Assembly (NCBI GenBank): GCA_040005235.1
Contig: JBDTZG010000002.1
Location: 1-64,000 of the forward strand
Direction of reading: 5' to 3'
Length of the DNA: 64,000 nt
Source of the DNA: Acidobacteriota bacterium
Lineage (GTDB): Bacteria > Acidobacteriota > Thermoanaerobaculia > Multivoradales > UBA5704
Part shown: positions 59,556-64,000 of the stretch, in pieces
Position numbering within the stretch: position 1 is the stretch's first letter
How the letters are laid out: the number at the start of each line of letters is the position of its first letter
Notes under the pieces: model-generated
The model's database searches: none
What the model saw: the letters and a program-made list of their open reading frames with translations, nothing else
What the model was told of the DNA's origin: nothing
Made by a program: the position numbers and the translations under genes

Positions 59556-59861
59556 TTACGGCTTGCATCTCCCGTCGGGGTCGAAAGCGCAGCCGCTGTC
59601 TACCGGCGCGGGCGCCGTGCCGCAGCGGCCGTTGGGATCGAAACCGCAGCCGCCTTCTACCGGAGCGGGCGCCGCGCCGCAGCGGCCGTTGGGATCGAAA
59701 CCGCAGCCGCTTTCGGCCCAAAGCGAAGAGAGGACGCCCCGGAGCCAGCCGCCGAAGTCCCAGGGGATCGGAACCGCGGCGGCCGGCGCGGCGGCCGAAA
59801 GCAGGGCGATCAAAGCGGCGGCGAGGGGCAGGACGGACGCCCGAGAACGAAACGTAGACAT
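59556..59861 (-). CDS. Secreted repeat-peptide precursor with three C[GA]FDP[ND]GRC cores
   Basis: SD AAGGAG; Sec signal ending APAAA; 57-bp (19-aa) repeat period. Confidence 0.85.
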   Translation of the reverse strand: MSTFRSRASVLPLAAALIALLSAAAPAAAVPIPWDFGGWLRGVLSSLWAESGCGFDPNGRCGAAPAPVEGGCGFDPNGRCGTAPAPVDSGCAFDPDGRCKP

Positions 59862-60014
59862 CGAAAATCTCCTTTTCCAAGGCGCCGTCTACGCCGGCCG
59901 GGACGGCAGGCGCCTGCGCCCTGGCGGAGTATGGAGCGGCCCAGAGTGGAAATCTCCATCGGAACGCCTCGTGGCGGCACGTTTCCTCTTCCAGCCGGGC
60001 GCTAACGAGGCGGC

Positions 60015-60791
60015 ATGACCGATTTCGGGATCGCGGTAGGTTTCCTTCGATCGCTCCGCGGCTGGAGCCGCGAGCAGGTGGCTCGCGCCGCCGGCCTACA
60101 TGCCTCATCGATCGGCCGTCTGGAAAATGGGCGCCGCCCGCGCCCGGGGACGCCGGAGAGGATTCGCAGGGCGTTCGGCCTTTCGCTCGCGACCTGGCAA
60201 CGACTGCTCGACCTGATCGCCGATTGTCGCCATGAGATGTCGTTGGGCTCAGCCCTCGATCCTTCGACCGAGGCGGATCCCCTCGAAGAGACGCTTTCGA
60301 TCCTCGTTCCGCGGATTCTCGCGGCGTTGACGGCACTCCCGTCGGCCTCGGTCAAGGCTACCCCTCCTCCACTCCCCGCCGCCGCCGATCGCAGGCGGGC
60401 CGACGAGCTTTGGGGACGGCTTCGGCCCTTGAGCATGGCGGACCGGAGGGAGTTGATCGCGGTGGGCGAGGAATATTCCTGCTGGGCGCTCGCCGAGCGG
60501 CTCGCCCAAGAGAGCGAGAAGCTCGCGCTCGACCGTTCGGCGGAAGCGCTGGCGCTCGCGGGAATGGCCGATCGGATCGCCGAAACCGCTCCCATGCCGT
60601 CGCGCTTTCGCGCGCGACTGCGAGGCTTGACCACCGCCTATCTGGGTTACGCAAGGCGGGTCGCAGGCCACCTTGAGGGAGCCGAAGCAGCTTTCCGCAG
60701 GTCGGACGAGCTTTGGACGTCGGGAGCCGGGGGCGATCCCGCCGGGTCGCTCGACGACTCCCGGCGGCTTGCCCTTAAGACAAAGCATTAG
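60015..60791 (+). CDS. Short XRE-HTH/TPR-like paralogue lacking the C-terminal TPRs
   Basis: LRSLRGWSREQVARAAGL...IGRLENG; WALAERLAQESEK and GGDP..LD..RRL align with 57982..59451. Confidence 0.8.
   Translation: MTDFGIAVGFLRSLRGWSREQVARAAGLHASSIGRLENGRRPRPGTPERIRRAFGLSLATWQRLLDLIADCRHEMSLGSALDPSTEADPLEETLSILVPRILAALTALPSASVKATPPPLPAAADRRRADELWGRLRPLSMADRRELIAVGEEYSCWALAERLAQESEKLALDRSAEALALAGMADRIAETAPMPSRFRARLRGLTTAYLGYARRVAGHLEGAEAAFRRSDELWTSGAGGDPAGSLDDSRRLALKTKH
60707..60785 (+). repeat. 79-bp direct repeat, copy 1
   Basis: About 69/79 identical (hand count) to 62189-62267. Confidence 0.85.
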
Positions 60792-60862
60792 CCCGAAGTT
60801 CTAGGGTCACGTAAGGCCGAGACGCTGGTGAAAGAGTGCCGCCGCACCGAAAGGGAGGAGCC

Positions 60863-62149
60863 GTGAGCCGAGTCGCAGTTTGCCACCTGCTTTGGGTCCT
60901 GGCGCTGCTCGGGTCACCTTCGGGCGCCCTGGCCGTCCTGTGTACGATCGACGACGTGCCGGCCGCGACGCTGTTGCTGCCGTACTTCGAGGTCGATTTG
61001 AACGACCCGAACGGGATAAATACCCTGATCTCGATCAACAACGCCTCGGCCGATGCGGTCCTGGCCCACGTGGTCCTCTGGACGGACACGTCGGTGCCTA
61101 CCTTCGATTTCAATCTCTATCTGACCGGTTATGACGCCCAGACCGTCAGCCTCCGCGACATCTTCAACGGCACGGTTCCGCTAACCGCCTCGGCGGGGCA
61201 GGACCCGGCGGACGCGATCAGTCCGAAGGGCACGTTCTCGCAGGACGTCAGTTTTGCGAGCTGCACCGGCCAACTGCCGCCGCCACCGATTCCCGATTCC
61301 ATCGTCACCCATCTTCGCGCGTCGCATACTGGGACGTTCTCGGCGATCCTGAACGGCTGCGCGGGTCGGGCCTTCGGCGACCGCATCGCTCGGGGCTATT
61401 TGACGATCGACACGGTCAGCAACTGCACCCTGCGCTTCCCGGGGGATGCCGGCTATTTCGCTTCCGGCGGCACGGGCGACGCGACGAACCAAAATGTCCT
61501 CTGGGGCGACTACATCTACCTCAGTCCGGGCGAGAACTTCGCCCAGGGCGAGACGCTCGTCCACGTGGAGGCCTCGGCCACGAATCCGGAGACCTCGGTT
61601 CCAGGTCAGTACACGTTCTATGGCCGATACGTGAACTGGACGGCGGCGGACAACCGCGAGCCGTTAGGGACGACCTTCGCCGCGCGCTACGTCAACGGCG
61701 GAAGGTTCACCGGGGGTACCGACTTGATCGTCTGGCGCGACTCGAAGGTCGACCAAAGCGCGTTCCGGTGCGGATATTTGCCACCCTGGTATCCGCTCGC
61801 CGAAGAGCGGCTCGTGGTTTTCGACCAGCAGGAGAATGCGGAGCTGCAGCAGACGCCGCCTTTTTCGCCGCCGCCCGGAGGGGGCGATTGGCTGCTCCCT
61901 TTCCCGGCTGAGGCGCAGCGCACGGCGATTGACGGCGAAGATTTTCCGGTGTCGTTCAACTTCGGCTGGATCTACTTGGATCTGAACACCTTCGTGATCG
62001 CGGCCGGTTTCAACCCGGCGAAAGATCCGGCCGCGGAACAGGCCTGGGTGACGGTGGTGATGGACGCCTCCGGTCGGTTCAGCGTAGGGTACGACGCGAT
62101 TCAGCTCGACAGCGCCTGCCGCGTCGATCACACGCTGATCGGCGGCTGA
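60863..62149 (+). CDS. Secreted Cys-containing beta-rich hypothetical protein
   Basis: SD GGGAGG, GTG start, signal peptide, CTIDDVPAATLLLPYFEVDL, QNVLWGDY, FGWIYLDLN. Confidence 0.8.
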   Translation: MSRVAVCHLLWVLALLGSPSGALAVLCTIDDVPAATLLLPYFEVDLNDPNGINTLISINNASADAVLAHVVLWTDTSVPTFDFNLYLTGYDAQTVSLRDIFNGTVPLTASAGQDPADAISPKGTFSQDVSFASCTGQLPPPPIPDSIVTHLRASHTGTFSAILNGCAGRAFGDRIARGYLTIDTVSNCTLRFPGDAGYFASGGTGDATNQNVLWGDYIYLSPGENFAQGETLVHVEASATNPETSVPGQYTFYGRYVNWTAADNREPLGTTFAARYVNGGRFTGGTDLIVWRDSKVDQSAFRCGYLPPWYPLAEERLVVFDQQENAELQQTPPFSPPPGGGDWLLPFPAEAQRTAIDGEDFPVSFNFGWIYLDLNTFVIAAGFNPAKDPAAEQAWVTVVMDASGRFSVGYDAIQLDSACRVDHTLIGG

Positions 62150-62188
62150 AACCGCGCCGAAATCACCGGCGCGGTCGCTTCAGGCCTT

Positions 62189-62267
62189 CGAGCTCTGGAC
62201 GTCGGGAGCCGGGGGCAATCCCGCCGGACTGCTCGACGGGTCCCGGCGGCTTGCCCTGAGGGCAAAG
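62189..62267 (+). repeat. 79-bp direct repeat, copy 2 (remnant of an XRE-TPR 3' end)
   Basis: Translates ELWTSGAGGNPAGLLDGSRRLALRAK. Confidence 0.85.
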
Positions 62268-62476
62268 GGACTCCCAGGAGAGGAAGTCACGAGGCTCGCG
62301 GATTCTCTCAGCGCCTAAGGGCTGAAGGCGAAAGCAGGTCAGGAATGGCGGGGACCTCGGGGGCCGTCGAAAGCCTTCGGCCCGCCATCGGTTCAGTCAG
62401 CCTCCGCGGCTGGCCGCAGGACACCCTGGCCCATGAGGAACCGAATCTCGGCGAGATTTGGCGCTATTCTTTTTCC

Positions 62477-62644
62477 ATGGACGCGCCCGATTACCTGATG
62501 TGCCTGGAGTGCGGCAGCCCTTGCTACGTCTTCGAATGGGAGGGGGAGCGGCTGGTCGAAGCGGTTTGTGCCGCCTGCGGCAATGAAGATCTGCCCCTGT
62601 TCGTCACCCCGGAGGAGTTCGAAGAACAGATGACGGGGGGGTGA
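62477..62644 (+). CDS. Small Zn-ribbon protein
   Basis: CLECGSPC...CAACGN. Confidence 0.65.
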   Translation: MDAPDYLMCLECGSPCYVFEWEGERLVEAVCAACGNEDLPLFVTPEEFEEQMTGG

Positions 62645-64000
62645 GGGGGCGGCTTCCGCCGACACCGCCGACACCGCTGAACCTCGGCGCGGGGAGCGGC
62701 GCGGCTTCAGTGCCGGGTACGGCGAGGGGCAGCAGCACGGTGACCGTCGTTCCTTGGTTCGGATCGTTCGGCCGGCTGTCGATCCGCACCGAGCCGCCGT
62801 GCGCCTTGGCGATCCGGTCGACGATCGCCAGACCTAGGCCGGTCCCCCCTTTGCGGGTCGAATAGAAAAGGTCGAAGATCTTCGGCAGCTCGTCGGCCGG
62901 AATGCCGATCCCGTTGTCGGAGACCGCGACCGCCACCTGCCGTCCGTCCGTCCGCTCCGATCGCCCCGGCTCGGCGAAGTCGACGGTGAGCGCGAGCAAG
63001 GGCCGCCGGGAGAGCTCCTCGGTGGCGCCCAGGGCGTTTTGCGCGAGATTCAAAAGCAGCTGGGTCATCTGGCTCGGGTCGACGCTGATGAGCGCACCGC
63101 CCGAACGGTCCTCCACCCGCACCTGGGCGCCCCGGCGTTGGATTTCGCCGCCGAGGATCTCCGCCACCTTCTCGCAAAGGGCGACCGCAGGCATCTCGGT
63201 CCGGTCCAGCGCGCGCGGCTTCGCATAGGAAAGGAAGTCGGTCACGAGGCGCTCCAAGCGGCCGATCTCGGAGCGGGTGATCGCGAGCAGGCGTTTGCCC
63301 GTCGATGCCCCCGACCGGTCGTCGATCTCCTCCTCCAGCATCTGCATGTTGAGGCTCAGCGAGTTGAGCGGGTTCCTGATCTCGTGAGCGAGGCCTGAGG
63401 CAAGCGTGCCGATGTAAGCGAGCCGTTCGGCTTCTGCGGCCTGAACTTCCAGGCGCCGGGCGCGCCGCAGCAGGGTGAGGATGATCGCGTAGGCCGAGCC
63501 GATCAGGGCGATCGTGAGAGCGCTGATCAAGCCGGTCTGGCGGATCAGCTCGGAGCGCAGCGAGCGGGTCCGCTTCGCCAGCTCGCTCTGGGAGATGCCG
63601 ATCTCGATCACCCCGAGCGAGCCGATCGGCACCCGCACGTTCGGTGCGTCGGCCGAAGCAGCGGTGGGCGAGGTCACCGGTGCCTCGAAACGGCGTTCGG
63701 TGACCCGCCGCCGCGGGGCACCGCGCGGCAACTCGGCCGAGCCGAGGAGAGGGCCGCGCGGGTCGAACAGTTGCGTTCGCCGCTGGTCGCGCAGCACCAA
63801 GACGCCGTTCTTGTCGCGGATTTCGACCGTGCGCACGATGTCGCGCCGTGCCAGGATCGAGTCGATGTAGGTCTGAGTCTCCTGCTCGACCGCGACCGCG
63901 GTGAACAGATTCTTGTGGATCTCGGCGTTCTTGGCGATCTGCTGGGCCAAGTTTTCCGCCTCGGTTCGGGTCTCGACCAGCGCGCGCTGGATCTCCCTTT
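62604..64000 (-). CDS. Sensor histidine kinase (5' end outside the window)
   Basis: TM, LAHEIRNPL, LLNLAQNA, DNGIGI, GTGLGL. Confidence 0.93.
   Translation of the reverse strand, partial: REIQRALVETRTEAENLAQQIAKNAEIHKNLFTAVAVEQETQTYIDSILARRDIVRTVEIRDKNGVLVLRDQRRTQLFDPRGPLLGSAELPRGAPRRRVTERRFEAPVTSPTAASADAPNVRVPIGSLGVIEIGISQSELAKRTRSLRSELIRQTGLISALTIALIGSAYAIILTLLRRARRLEVQAAEAERLAYIGTLASGLAHEIRNPLNSLSLNMQMLEEEIDDRSGASTGKRLLAITRSEIGRLERLVTDFLSYAKPRALDRTEMPAVALCEKVAEILGGEIQRRGAQVRVEDRSGGALISVDPSQMTQLLLNLAQNALGATEELSRRPLLALTVDFAEPGRSERTDGRQVAVAVSDNGIGIPADELPKIFDLFYSTRKGGTGLGLAIVDRIAKAHGGSVRIDSRPNDPNQGTTVTVLLPLAVPGTEAAPLPAPRFSGVGGVGGSRPLTPPSSVLRTPPG

Noticed and set aside
59556-59861. DPNG peptide as the substrate of the LanC at 30 kb, or its NGR motif as a ligand of the M1 aminopeptidase
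   Set aside because: The genes are 25-28 kb apart, there is no LanB, and there is no Ser/Thr between the paired Cys. The likeness to the mammalian CD13-binding NGR motif is probably coincidence, and the third core is DGR.
54196-62300. Prophage or ICE origin for the regulator/peptide island
   Set aside because: No integrase, att-bearing tRNA, structural or conjugation genes are visible.

Overview
High-GC bacterial window. Gene content (XRE-TPR paralogues, a secreted 'CTIDDVPAATLLLPYFEVD' protein, GT-C membrane protein) suggests Acidobacteriota, possibly Thermoanaerobaculia; this is inference. The housekeeping backbone is gnd-zwf-pgl, a wcaJ/GT4 glycosylation cluster, gabT plus an SSA dehydrogenase, thiolase/crotonases and rplU-rpmA-obgE-nadD-rsfS. 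Accessory patches interrupt it: a REP-flanked IS200-type Y1 transposase; an AT-richer TauD-like dioxygenase + HEPN/Zn-finger pair; a 1224-aa nuclease-STAND NTPase; a lone SIR2 gene; many orphan or decayed toxin-antitoxin modules; an orphan LanC coupled to an M1 aminopeptidase; and two 21-bp tandem arrays. The best candidate for an undescribed system is the 54.2-62.3 kb island. There a signal-peptide-bearing 101-aa precursor with three Cys-bracketed C-[GA]-F-D-P-[ND]-G-R-C cores lies between two paralogous XRE-HTH/TPR-like regulators, next to an operon of stand-alone TPR modules. The architecture recalls RRNPP peptide signalling, but in an apparently diderm host. No rRNA, tRNA or CRISPR array was recognised. 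All calls come from motif reading by eye; no searches were run.
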